Assembly: GCA_965224465.1 (NCBI GenBank)
Contig: OZ245049.1
Coordinates: 3,510,001 to 3,542,000, forward strand
Length of the DNA stretch: 32,000 nt
Origin: Flavobacteriaceae bacterium
GTDB taxonomy: Bacteria; Bacteroidota; Bacteroidia; Flavobacteriales; Flavobacteriaceae
Direction of reading: 5' to 3'
In this document: positions 9,574 to 17,084 of the stretch, piece by piece
Position numbering within the stretch: the first letter of the stretch is position 1
How the letters are laid out: the number at the start of each line of letters is the position of its first letter
Program-made: the position numbers and the translations under genes
The notes under the pieces: model-generated
Seen by the model: the letters and a program-made list of their open reading frames with translations, nothing else
What the model was told of the DNA's origin: nothing
The model's database searches: none

Positions 9574-9924
9574 ATGGCTATTAAAATAACAGACGAATGT
9601 ATTAACTGTGATGCTTGTATCTCCGAATGTCCGAACAATGCAATCTACGAACCGGACGATGAATGGACCTATGCACAAGAGACTTCTTTAGAAGGAACTA
9701 TCACTTTGTTGAATGGTGAAACTGCTGATGCAGAAGGGGTTAACGAGGCTATTTCTGATGAATTCTACTTCATTGTAACGGATAAATGTACGGAGTGTAA
9801 AGGGTTTCATGACGAGCCTCAATGTGCTTCTGTATGTCCAGTTGACTGTTGTATTCTTGATGAAGATCATGAGGAAACTGAGGCGCAATTATTGGAGAAA
9901 AAAGTATGGTTGCACGGAGAGTAA
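9574..9924 (+). CDS. 2x[4Fe-4S]-type ferredoxin
   Basis: CINCDACISECP plus CTECKGFHDEPQCASVCP cysteine motifs. 116 aa, acidic. Confidence 0.85.
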   Translation: MAIKITDECINCDACISECPNNAIYEPDDEWTYAQETSLEGTITLLNGETADAEGVNEAISDEFYFIVTDKCTECKGFHDEPQCASVCPVDCCILDEDHEETEAQLLEKKVWLHGE

Positions 9925-9946
9925 TTTTAGTTATAACACTATAAAA

Positions 9947-9967
9947 AAAGTGCCTTTTGGGTGCTTT
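9947..9967 (+). terminator. Probable terminator after the ferredoxin gene
   Basis: AAAGUGCC-UUUUG-GGUGCUUU stem (includes two G-U pairs) followed by a T run. Confidence 0.45.
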
Positions 9968-10082
9968 TTTTATGTAAAATAACTAAAAAAAAGAAATTTA
10001 TTTTTAGTCTAAATAAGAATTCTTATAGGATTGGTAAAAAACAAGGGTGAATTTTATTAATTCAAAAAGGAATCAAAAAAAA

Positions 10083-10112
10083 AGGAACGTTTGGTATATA
10101 ACAAACGTTCCT
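10083..10112. terminator. Bidirectional terminator hairpin downstream of lepA
   Basis: Perfect 11-bp stem AGGAACGTTTG / CAAACGTTCCT with an 8-nt loop. An A run lies on the left and a T run on the right. It is 24 nt beyond the lepA stop. Confidence 0.8.
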
Positions 10113-10135
10113 TTTTTTGTTTTGTGAAGTGGTTT

Positions 10136-11932
10136 TTAGTCGTTTAGTTTTAAAACAGCCATGAATGCTTCTTGTGGAATTTGAACATTTCCAACTTGAC
10201 GCATGCGTTTTTTACCCTTCTTTTGTTTTTCTAATAATTTACGTTTCCTAGAAATATCTCCACCATAACATTTTGCCGTAACATCTTTACGCAAAGCTTT
10301 GATTGTTTCTCTAGAAATAATCTTAGCGCCAATAGCTGCTTGGATTGGAATATCAAATTGCTGACGAGGGATTAATTGACGTAGTTTCTCACACATTTTT
10401 TTACCTATAGAGTACGCATTGTCTGCATGTATAAGTGCTGATAATGCATCTACTGAATCTCCGTTAAGTAGGATGTCTACTTTTACTAATTTAGATTCTT
10501 TCATCCCTGTTGGGTGATAATCAAAAGAAGCATATCCTTTAGAAACAGTTTTTAAACGGTCGTAGAAATCAAATACTATTTCTGCTAAAGGCATGTTAAA
10601 AGTTAACTCTACACGTTCTGTAGTTAAATAGGTTTGGTTGGTCAGCATTCCTCGTTTCTCAATACATAAACTCATTACGGGGCCTACAAAATCTGCCTTT
10701 GTAATAATGGTTGCTTTGATATATGGCTCCTCTACACGGTTTATTTTTGATGGTTCTGGTAAATCCGAAGGGTTGTTTACCATTAAAATTGTATCCGGAT
10801 TTTTGTTTGTAAACGCATGGTAAGATACGTTTGGTACCGTTGTAATTACAGTCATGTCAAATTCGCGCTCTAAGCGTTCTTGAATAATTTCCAAGTGTAA
10901 CATTCCTAAGAATCCACATCGGAAACCAAATCCTAAAGCAGCAGAACTTTCTGGAACAAATACAAGTGAAGCATCGTTCAATTGTAGTTTTTCCATAGAG
11001 TTTCTCAATTCTTCGTAATCATCGTTGTCTATCGGGTAAATACCTGCAAATACCATCGGTTTTACGTCCTCAAAACCTTTAATAGTTTCTGTAGTTGGGT
11101 TTTCAGCGTCTGTAATAGTATCTCCTACTTTTACTTCTACAGCTGTTTTAATTCCTGTGATTAAATAGCCTACATCTCCAGCTTTTACACTTTTCTTTGG
11201 AACTTGTTCTAGTTTTAAGGTGCCGACTTCATCTGCAAAATATTCATTACCAGTTGCAACGAATTTGATTTTTTGTCCTTTCTTAATCTCTCCGTTTAAG
11301 ACACGGAAATAGGTTTCAATTCCTCTGTAAGAATTGTAAACAGAATCAAAAATTAAGGCTTGTAATGGCGCATCCACATCACCTGAGGGTGCAGGAATAC
11401 GTTCTATAATTGCTCTTAGTATGTTTTCTACTCCAAAACCAGTTTTTCCACTGGCGTGAATTACTTCTTCTGGGTCACATCCTAATAAATCTACAATATC
11501 ATCTGTTACTTCCTCTGGATTGGCTCCGGGAAGGTCAATTTTATTCAACACAGGGATTATTTCTAAGTCATTTTCCAAGGCTAAATATAAGTTAGAAATG
11601 GTTTGTGCTTGAATGCTCTGTGCAGCATCAACAATAAGTAAAGCACCTTCACAAGCAGCAATAGATCTTGAAACTTCGTAGGAGAAATCTACATGTCCTG
11701 GAGTGTCAATCAAGTTTAAGATATATTCCTGTCCTTCAAAAGTATATTCCATTTGAATGGCGTGAGATTTTATGGTGATTCCACGTTCACGTTCCAAATC
11801 CATTGTGTCCAATAATTGGGCTTTTTCTTGGCGTGCAGTTACGGTATCGGTAAAACCTAACAAACGGTCAGCTAATGTGCTTTTTCCGTGGTCAATATGT
11901 GCGATAATACAAAAATTTCTGATGTGCTTCAT
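10136..11932 (-). CDS. lepA: Translation elongation factor 4 (LepA)
   Basis: [36 protein letters not shown] GTPase motifs and a LepA-type C-terminal domain. Start trimmed from the track ORF (11974) to Met 11932, giving 598 aa. Confidence 0.93.
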   Translation of the reverse strand: MKHIRNFCIIAHIDHGKSTLADRLLGFTDTVTARQEKAQLLDTMDLERERGITIKSHAIQMEYTFEGQEYILNLIDTPGHVDFSYEVSRSIAACEGALLIVDAAQSIQAQTISNLYLALENDLEIIPVLNKIDLPGANPEEVTDDIVDLLGCDPEEVIHASGKTGFGVENILRAIIERIPAPSGDVDAPLQALIFDSVYNSYRGIETYFRVLNGEIKKGQKIKFVATGNEYFADEVGTLKLEQVPKKSVKAGDVGYLITGIKTAVEVKVGDTITDAENPTTETIKGFEDVKPMVFAGIYPIDNDDYEELRNSMEKLQLNDASLVFVPESSAALGFGFRCGFLGMLHLEIIQERLEREFDMTVITTVPNVSYHAFTNKNPDTILMVNNPSDLPEPSKINRVEEPYIKATIITKADFVGPVMSLCIEKRGMLTNQTYLTTERVELTFNMPLAEIVFDFYDRLKTVSKGYASFDYHPTGMKESKLVKVDILLNGDSVDALSALIHADNAYSIGKKMCEKLRQLIPRQQFDIPIQAAIGAKIISRETIKALRKDVTAKCYGGDISRKRKLLEKQKKGKKRMRQVGNVQIPQEAFMAVLKLND

Positions 11933-12230
11933 ACGTCGTTGTCTTCTTCTTTGTTGATCGACAAAGATAGTCAATTCTTTAGTATAAAGGAAGGGAGTAG
12001 GTCTTAGTTGTTGGCTAAAAGTAAAAAGGAAGGTGTAGAATGATGAAATTTGTGGGTTATGTTAAAATAAAGGGTGATTGGTTATAAGAGTTATGGTTTA
12101 TTTGATATTGTGTTAAATAAGTAGTGTGATACAGTTATAATACCAACTACTATTTCCAAATGATGGTTTAGAAATGGAATTATATTTTGTTTTAGCTAGG
12201 CGGAAAAGGGGTGGATAGCCTTAGCGATTG

Positions 12231-12813
12231 TTCTGTTTTTTAACAACGATAGAACGTAACGTAAATTATTTATATCGATTATTTCGGGTTGTAGTTGGTT
12301 TATACCATACACCAATACAAAAATTAAGCGATTTCAAACAAATTAATAGTTTGTAAGGGGTACACTAACCAAGGTTCTAGGTTTTGGATGTCTAGAAAGT
12401 TAATATAATTCAGCGGGTAATATTGCTGTAAATCTTCTAAGGTATAATCTATTTTTATAAAATAGAAATAACCTAGCTTTAAAAAACCTACTAATACCAA
12501 CACAAACTCTCCGTGTAAGACAATGCGGAAAAATTGTTTGAATTTATAGGTGTTTTTTATAGTGTAAATAAATTGACCTACCCTTAGGCATAAGGCTACC
12601 AAACTACTTCTGATTAAAATTAATAATGGCATAGCCTAGCCATGTCCATTTTTGTTGTGAGGTTAAAAGTGGTTTTACTTGTTCTTGTGCTAGTTGATCT
12701 GAGTAGAAGTTAACTAATAATTCATTAGTATTTAGTAAATACCTAGATGAGTATGTTAAGCTCATCGAAGTAATACATAGAATGGAATATAAATATTTAT
12801 TCTTATAGCACAT
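12231..12813 (-). pseudogene. Decayed membrane-protein gene, copy A1 (paralog of 13940-14544)
   Basis: The two track ORFs (12604-12813 and 12324-12632) are homologous pieces of one gene. Joining them needs a +1 shift at ...KWTWLGY / PLLILIRSS. A TAA follows FEIA where copy A2 has TAC, and one T is missing in the next run. About 90 percent nucleotide identity to A2 over 12136-12655. Confidence 0.7.
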
Positions 12814-12904
12814 GAAAACTATATAAATTACATGTTAATGAGAAACTATTAATATTATGTGTAACTTTCTTTAGAGTAACTTTGTACATAGTCAAATTTT
12901 ATAA

Positions 12905-12938
12905 AAAGAGATCGTTGTTTTTAGAACAATCTCTTTTT
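12905..12938. terminator. Hairpin with flanking A and T runs (probable terminator of the 13606-13105 peptide operon)
   Basis: AAGAGAT(C)GTT / AAC(A)ATCTCTT stem with an 8-nt loop. TTTT lies 3' on plus and AAAAA lies 5' on plus. Confidence 0.5.
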
Positions 12939-13104
12939 TGTTTTTATTAGAACTTACAGTCTTGCGTCTAACTTGTTAAGTACTGGAGGTCAGTATCATA
13001 AATATGGGTGGTACGGTTAAAGGAAAGCTGTTACAGGATCTTTTAGCCACAAAGATAAGTGACCTCTTCGCATTTGTCCATACCCTTATACTGTGTTAAA
13101 TAAA

Positions 13105-13344
13105 TTATTCTTGTAATTTTTTTGATTTTCCTTGTTTGTGTTTTAGCTCTTTATGAAATACTATTGCAGAAATAACTAGAGATACTAAAGTGAAAATCAT
13201 TCCAATAAATTTTAGATCAAAGATTTTATAATAAATATCTTCAACAATAATAGATATTAATAAGCCTATTAATAATAATATTAAAATGTAGATAACACTT
13301 AAGAAATTTTTTGATAGAAATGTTGTTTTATTATTCTTTTTCAT
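13105..13344 (-). CDS. Small two-TM membrane protein, immunity-like (cassette 1)
   Basis: 79 aa from ATG 13344 (MKKNNKTTFLSKNFLSVIYILILLLIGLLISIIV...FIGMIFTLVSLVISAIVF...KQGKSKKLQE). Two hydrophobic helices and a basic tail. Lies 67 nt downstream of peptide P1. The function is positional inference only. Confidence 0.6.
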   Translation of the reverse strand: MKKNNKTTFLSKNFLSVIYILILLLIGLLISIIVEDIYYKIFDLKFIGMIFTLVSLVISAIVFHKELKHKQGKSKKLQE

Positions 13345-13411
13345 TATTTTATGATATCTAGATTTAGAGGGTCGGGGTATCACCAACCATCTAATCTAAG
13401 TTAATATTTAT

Positions 13412-13606
13412 TTAACATGCTAGTCCAGTACCTGCACTACTCACAATAAATCCTGCAGCAGCAAGTCCAGCACCACCTGTTACAACTACGAAACCAGCAA
13501 AACTTATTGCTAAACCTGTAATTGCAAGAGCACAGCCAAGATGCTCCCAGTCCTTCCAGCCGCTAGCTTCTATATTTTCCATTTGATTTAAGTCTAATTT
13601 TTTCAT
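13412..13606 (-). CDS. Leader-bearing Gly/Ala-rich peptide P1 (class II bacteriocin-like; resembles the cerein 7B / lactobin A type)
   Basis: MKKLDLNQMENIEAS-GWKDWEHLGCALAITGLAISFAGFVVVTGGAGLAAAGFIVSSAGTGLAC. Leader has L4, M9, I12 then small residues. Trp-rich core N-terminus, GxxxG-type repeats, Cys25 and a C-terminal Cys64. Confidence 0.75.
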   Translation of the reverse strand: MKKLDLNQMENIEASGWKDWEHLGCALAITGLAISFAGFVVVTGGAGLAAAGFIVSSAGTGLAC

Positions 13607-13620
13607 TTTGTCATTTTTTT

Positions 13621-13785
13621 AATTAATTTTCCCTAATTCATTTAAGGACCCATTAGATTTGGTCCATTTTTGCAAAAATATTATTGTACGACATACCTAA
13701 TTGGTGCGTAGTGTTATTTTTAATGTTAAGGGGAAATACTGTTTAGAAATTTAAACGATATTGTAAATGTATTTTTTTTTTTTTT
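13621..13785 (-). promoter_or_regulatory. Conserved upstream module B1 (promoter plus about 65-nt leader) of peptide gene P1
   Basis: About 90 percent identical to 17480-17640, and its first 46 bp to 16377-16422. On the minus strand it contains TATTTTTG (plus 13673-13680), matching the TAnnTTTG -7 consensus. It also has a GGACC-N10-GGTCC inverted repeat and a T14 tract at 13772-13785. Confidence 0.5.
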
Positions 13786-13939
13786 GTATTCCCAATTTTT
13801 TAAGATGTTTTTTTGTGTCGAGGTGTTGTATGTTTGGTGTGTGTTGTGGAAAGTGTATAATACCAACTACATTTCCAAATGACGGTTTAGAAATGGAATT
13901 ATATTTTGTTTTAGCTAGGCGGGAAATGGATGGATAGCC

Positions 13940-14544
13940 TTAGCGATTGTTCTGTTTTTTCAACAACGATAGAACGTAAAGTAAATTATTTATATCGATT
14001 ATTTCGGGTTGTAGTTGGTTTATACCATACACCAATACAAAAAAGTAAGCGATTTCAAACAAATTAATAGTTTGTAAGGGGTACACGAACCGAGGTTCTA
14101 GGTTTTGTATGTTTAGAAAGTTAATGTAACTTATTGGGTAATATCGCTATAAATCTTCTAAGGTATAATCTGTTTTTATAAAATAGAAATAACCTAGCTT
14201 AAAAAAAACGACGAGTACCAATACAAACTCACCTATTAAGGCAATTCGGAAAAACTGCTTAAATTTATAGGTGTTTTCTACATTGTATATAAATTGACCT
14301 ATGCTTAGGCAAAGTGCGACTAAACTGCTTCTGATTAAAATTAATAATGGCATAACTAATCCATGCCCATTTTTGTTTTGAATATTTCTTCTATTTGTTT
14401 TTGTGCTAATTGTTCTGAGTAAAAATTATATAATAGTTCTTCTATTTTTAATGAATTACTTGTGCTAATTATTAAAATAATAGTTATTAATAGAATTAGC
14501 AGAAATAATATAATATTATTTATTTTAACATGTTTAAATGTCAT
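13940..14544 (-). pseudogene. Decayed membrane-protein gene, copy A2
   Basis: Track ORFs 14356-14544 and 14147-14353, plus an in-frame continuation to TAA at 13940 (…RYYPISYINFLNIQNLEPRFVYPLQTINLFEIAYFFVLVYGINQLQPEIIDINNLLYVLSLLKKQNNR). It is interrupted by TAG at 14147 (CAG in A1) and by two frame shifts around KTK/WAWISY/PLLILIR. Confidence 0.7.
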
Positions 14545-14614
14545 TTTTCTTGTTTGATAGGGGAGGTACGTAAAACTTAACTTACGATGAGGAAAAAATA
14601 TTTTAATATTTTTT

Positions 14615-15705
14615 GGCTCAACTTGTAAATAGCGTATTTATTTCGTAACTTACTGAAAAACAGAATCATTATGGATAATTCAGCTATTTTAAAATATTTT
14701 GACTGTCTAGATGTAACTAAGCAGGATATTTTGCTTAAAGAATTTCAGTCTCTTTGCAAATCAGGAAGTTATGTAGATATTATTAAAATGAGAGGGAATG
14801 CTTTAGATGACAGAAGGGGTGAATGCCCTTACTGCAATGGCTATCACTATATAAAAGCAGGTGTAGATAAAAACAGCAGGCGTTATAAATGTAAAGATTG
14901 TAAACGTACTTTTACTGAATTTACCGGCAGTTGGCTAGCTGGGATACACAAAAAGCAACGCATACCAGCCTTTTTAAAAACACTTGAATTGAATTTAAGT
15001 TTGGTTAAAACAGGAAAGGATCTTTCCATAGATCCAGGGACGGCATTTAGATGGCGTCATCGTTTTTTGTCTGCTATGTTCCAAGAAACCACAGGTCATT
15101 TCAAAGGAATCACCGAGAGTGATGAGACCTTTTATTTACACAGTCAAAAAGGTAAACAGTGTGTGCATAGACCTCCCAGAAGTAGATCAGAAAAAAAGGG
15201 AGCTGGTATAACAAAAGAATACGCTGCGGTATTAACAACCCAAGATAGAGCAGAACTATGCGTGTCTAAATTTACAAATATGGGCAGAATTACCAAGAGT
15301 AATATAAAAAACACTATCGGAAGCATGGTAGATAATAGAACCGTATTTTGTTCTGATGGACACCGTAGTTTTACTGGTTTTAGTAAGGATTTACATTTAG
15401 AGCATCATGTTTTAAACAGTAGTAAAAACCAACGAGTCAAAGGGACTTATCATATTCAGCACATCAATAGTTTGCATAGTAGGTTAAAGACATTTTGTAA
15501 CGTAAAATTAAAAGGAGTATCCACAAAATATCTTCAAAAATATTTAAATTGGCAAACAATTAAAGATTCATATCTTAAAGAATCAAATTGGGTAGTTACT
15601 GTCCTTAAGTACTCAATGAAACGTTCAAATGCAATTAAAATATATAACAATATCCAAACTGATTATGACAAAATTTTTATAACAACGCTAAATGCTAGTT
15701 GAGCC
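14615..15705 (+). mobile_element. Intact IS1595-family insertion sequence (1091 bp) with 8-bp target-site duplication
   Basis: Terminal inverted repeats are GGCTCAACTTGTAAATAGCG (14615-) and CGCTAAATGCTAGTTGAGCC (-15705), matching at 16 of 20 positions. Identical TATTTTTT flanks lie at 14607-14614 and 15706-15713. The element carries a single transposase ORF. Confidence 0.88.
14671..15702 (+). CDS. IS1595-family (ISXO2-like DDE) transposase with N-terminal zinc ribbon
   Basis: CPYCNGYHYIKAGVDKNSRRYKCKDCKRTFT zinc ribbon. ITESDETFY and VFCSDGHRSF acidic motifs. 343 aa, filling the IS. Confidence 0.85.
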   Translation: MDNSAILKYFDCLDVTKQDILLKEFQSLCKSGSYVDIIKMRGNALDDRRGECPYCNGYHYIKAGVDKNSRRYKCKDCKRTFTEFTGSWLAGIHKKQRIPAFLKTLELNLSLVKTGKDLSIDPGTAFRWRHRFLSAMFQETTGHFKGITESDETFYLHSQKGKQCVHRPPRSRSEKKGAGITKEYAAVLTTQDRAELCVSKFTNMGRITKSNIKNTIGSMVDNRTVFCSDGHRSFTGFSKDLHLEHHVLNSSKNQRVKGTYHIQHINSLHSRLKTFCNVKLKGVSTKYLQKYLNWQTIKDSYLKESNWVVTVLKYSMKRSNAIKIYNNIQTDYDKIFITTLNAS

Positions 15706-15772
15706 TATTTTTTCTATCTCCGGTTACTGCTATTAGAATAATAGTTGAAGATTTAAGTTTTTTTAGTTTAAT

Positions 15773-15805
15773 AAAGAGACTGCCTTTTTTTTTGACAGTC
15801 TCTTT
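15773..15805. terminator. Perfect 10-bp hairpin (AAAGAGACTG / CAGTCTCTTT) between the IS and cassette 2
   Basis: Read directly. T-rich 13-nt loop, 15 nt beyond the stop of the immunity-like gene at 15820. Terminator function is inferred. Confidence 0.45.
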
Positions 15806-15819
15806 GTTTTCTTAATTAT

Positions 15820-15981
15820 CTATTCTTTCTTTCTAGTAAAGAAAATAAGGCTAAATATAACAATATAACTAATGCCGACTAGCCATTTGTTTATTTGATG
15901 ATCTGTAAAATATCTTATGTAAAAAATAATCACTGAGGATACAAATGCAATGCCTATTATAATTTTTAAATAGATTTTCAT
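15820..15981 (-). CDS. Small two-TM membrane protein, immunity-like (cassette 2)
   Basis: 53 aa: MKIYLKIIIGIAFVSSVIIFYIRYFTDHQINKWLVGISYIVIFSLIFFTRKKE. Its ATG overlaps the TAA of P3 by 1 nt (TAATG), which suggests translational coupling. The 98-aa track ORF 15820-16116 is a run-on of this frame. Confidence 0.65.
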   Translation of the reverse strand: MKIYLKIIIGIAFVSSVIIFYIRYFTDHQINKWLVGISYIVIFSLIFFTRKKE

Positions 15982-16178
15982 TATCTTACTGCGTAAATGG
16001 CACATCCACCAGCTATCGTAAGTACAGCAAGTCCCGCTCCCCAACCTATAGGGTTCCAGAGGTTTGCGACTACGCCGATTTCGAATGCGATTGCAACAGC
16101 GCCAAAGCCAGCACAAAAAGATTCTATATTGTCACCTACTTGAATTGTTTCTAACGTTGAAATTTCTAAAGTTTTCAT
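15981..16178 (-). CDS. Leader-bearing Gly/Ala-rich peptide P3 (bacteriocin-like)
   Basis: MKTLEISTLETIQVG-DNIESFCAGFGAVAIAFEIGVVANLWNPIGWGAGLAVLTIAGGCAIYAVR. Shares the A-N-(L/F)-W-N-P-x-G motif with P4. Cys22 and Cys59. Confidence 0.75.
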   Translation of the reverse strand: MKTLEISTLETIQVGDNIESFCAGFGAVAIAFEIGVVANLWNPIGWGAGLAVLTIAGGCAIYAVR

Positions 16179-16189
16179 ATTTATTTGTT

Positions 16190-16369
16190 TTAAGTCTTAC
16201 ATTTATAATCTGAATAAGAAACGGCGAGATACGCTGTAATTAATCCTCCCCAACCGAAAAACAATGCCCCGGCAACACCTGCACCCGCCATAAATGCGAA
16301 CCTCACTTCTGGGGAACAGTCATATCCTGCATATAGAACCTCCATTTTTTCAAATTCTAATACTTTCAT
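16190..16369 (-). CDS. Leader-bearing Gly/Ala-rich peptide P2 (bacteriocin-like; not in the ORF track, 59 aa)
   Basis: Hand translation: MKVLEFEKMEVLYAG-YDCSPEVRFAFMAGAGVAGALFFGWGGLITAYLAVSYSDYKCKT, stop TAA at 16190-16192. Same leader spacing as the others. Lies 11 nt upstream of P3. Cys18 and Cys57. Confidence 0.7.
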   Translation of the reverse strand: MKVLEFEKMEVLYAGYDCSPEVRFAFMAGAGVAGALFFGWGGLITAYLAVSYSDYKCKT

Positions 16370-16376
16370 AATTTCT

Positions 16377-16422
16377 TAATTTCCCTAATTCATTTAAGGA
16401 CCCATTAGATTTGGTCCATTTT
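16377..16422 (-). promoter_or_regulatory. Partial copy (B3) of the conserved peptide-gene leader
   Basis: TAATTTCCCTAATTCATTTAAGGACCCATTAGATTTGGTCCATTTT is near-identical to the ATG-proximal part of B1 and B2. Similarity ends before the -7 box region. Confidence 0.45.
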
Positions 16423-16754
16423 AAAAAAAAATATTTTTATTCTATAATTTGTTGATTTATAGTGATTTTTATATCGTAAAGTAAATCTATTTTTTTTTCT
16501 ATTTGAAAGTATTTGGAGCTTTTTTTTCGAAAAGAGAGTGTTTTTATGGAATATGAATTGTTTTAAATAAATTTCTTTTATATTCGTAACGGCTAGTGTC
16601 GTATGTTTATTTTAAGTGACTGGAGTATAGTTTGTTTGTTGTGTGTGTGTTTAGGGGTTTGTATATGCTTTTTTGTAGAGGATTGTGGTTGAAGTGTTAT
16701 GCCGTCCGAGTATTATGCAATCCGAGTTTCACCCTCGCGAAGACAAAGACCAAG

Positions 16755-17052
16755 CATGAAAAAAAGTGCGCAGGAGTGATAAACACCTCATAAAACCTGA
16801 TTTTCAAAAGCTATACTCTCACCTGAAAAAATCAACACAAAAAAGACCAAACAATAAATGTTCAGCCTTTTTATATATAAAGGTATACGTGTTTATTTAA
16901 ACATGCTAGTAATACTTCCCAGTAGTCCGCCTCCTTGTTCTTTTAGGATACGCGCAATATCACTCATGTCAAATTTCCCGTCATCACCTAATAAGGTAAT
17001 TTTTAAACTAGCAATAGTCTCTGGAACGGTAATAGAAATAAATGTATCAGCC
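16755..17052. repeat. Segmental duplication C1 (copy of 18130-18427)
   Basis: Constant offset of 1375 bp between copies. The repeat covers the 3' 159 nt of the 144-aa gene plus about 140 bp downstream of it. Homology ends sharply at 17052. Confidence 0.8.
16893..17051 (-). pseudogene. 3' fragment of a paralog of the 144-aa gene (last 52 codons only)
   Basis: Reads ADTFISITVPETIASLKITLLGDDGKFDMSDIARILKEQGGGLLGSITSMFK*, against MADKFISITVPETIASLKTTLLGDDGKFDMSDITRILKEQGGGLLGSITSMFK* in 18268-18702. There is no ATG and a TAA lies a few codons upstream. Confidence 0.75.
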
Positions 17053-17084
17053 ACCACCTTGGATGTTTTCCAGTTTTTCTTTAT

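Noticed and set aside
11933-11974. 14-codon N-terminal extension of lepA ([14 protein letters not shown]).
   Set aside because: The G1 motif of LepA normally starts within about 10 residues of the N-terminus. Met at 11932 ([19 protein letters not shown]) fits.
12136-12305. A ~165-bp segment flanked by inverted repeats (ATAATACCAACTAC ... GTAGTTGGTTTATAC), present in both A copies, first looked like a MITE or small RNA gene.
   Set aside because: In copy A2 the same stretch reads in frame as the C-terminal 35 codons of the decayed membrane-protein gene (…FEIAYFFVLVYGINQLQPEIIDINNLLYVLSLLKKQNNR*). It is therefore coding-derived, there are no target-site duplications, and the inverted repeat is only 9-10 bp perfect.
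13004-13099. 31-codon plus-strand ORF (MGGTVKGKLLQDLLATKISDLFAFVHTLILC) in the spacer downstream of I1.
   Set aside because: It is too short, has no paralog in the other cassettes, shows no promoter-like context, and lies within the probable 3' UTR of the minus-strand operon.
13644-13663. GGACC-N10-GGTCC hairpin in the peptide-gene leader, considered as a conserved RNA structure.
   Set aside because: In the P4 copy (17503-17522) both arms carry substitutions (GAACC and GAGTCC) that break rather than compensate the pairing. I report only the sequence conservation, not an RNA motif.
15820-16116. 98-aa track ORF spanning the immunity-like gene and running antisense-frame through P3.
   Set aside because: Its N-terminal 45 residues (MCWLWRCCNRIRNRRSRKP...) are an out-of-frame read of peptide gene P3. 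The real gene is the 53-aa TM protein starting at the TAATG junction (15981).
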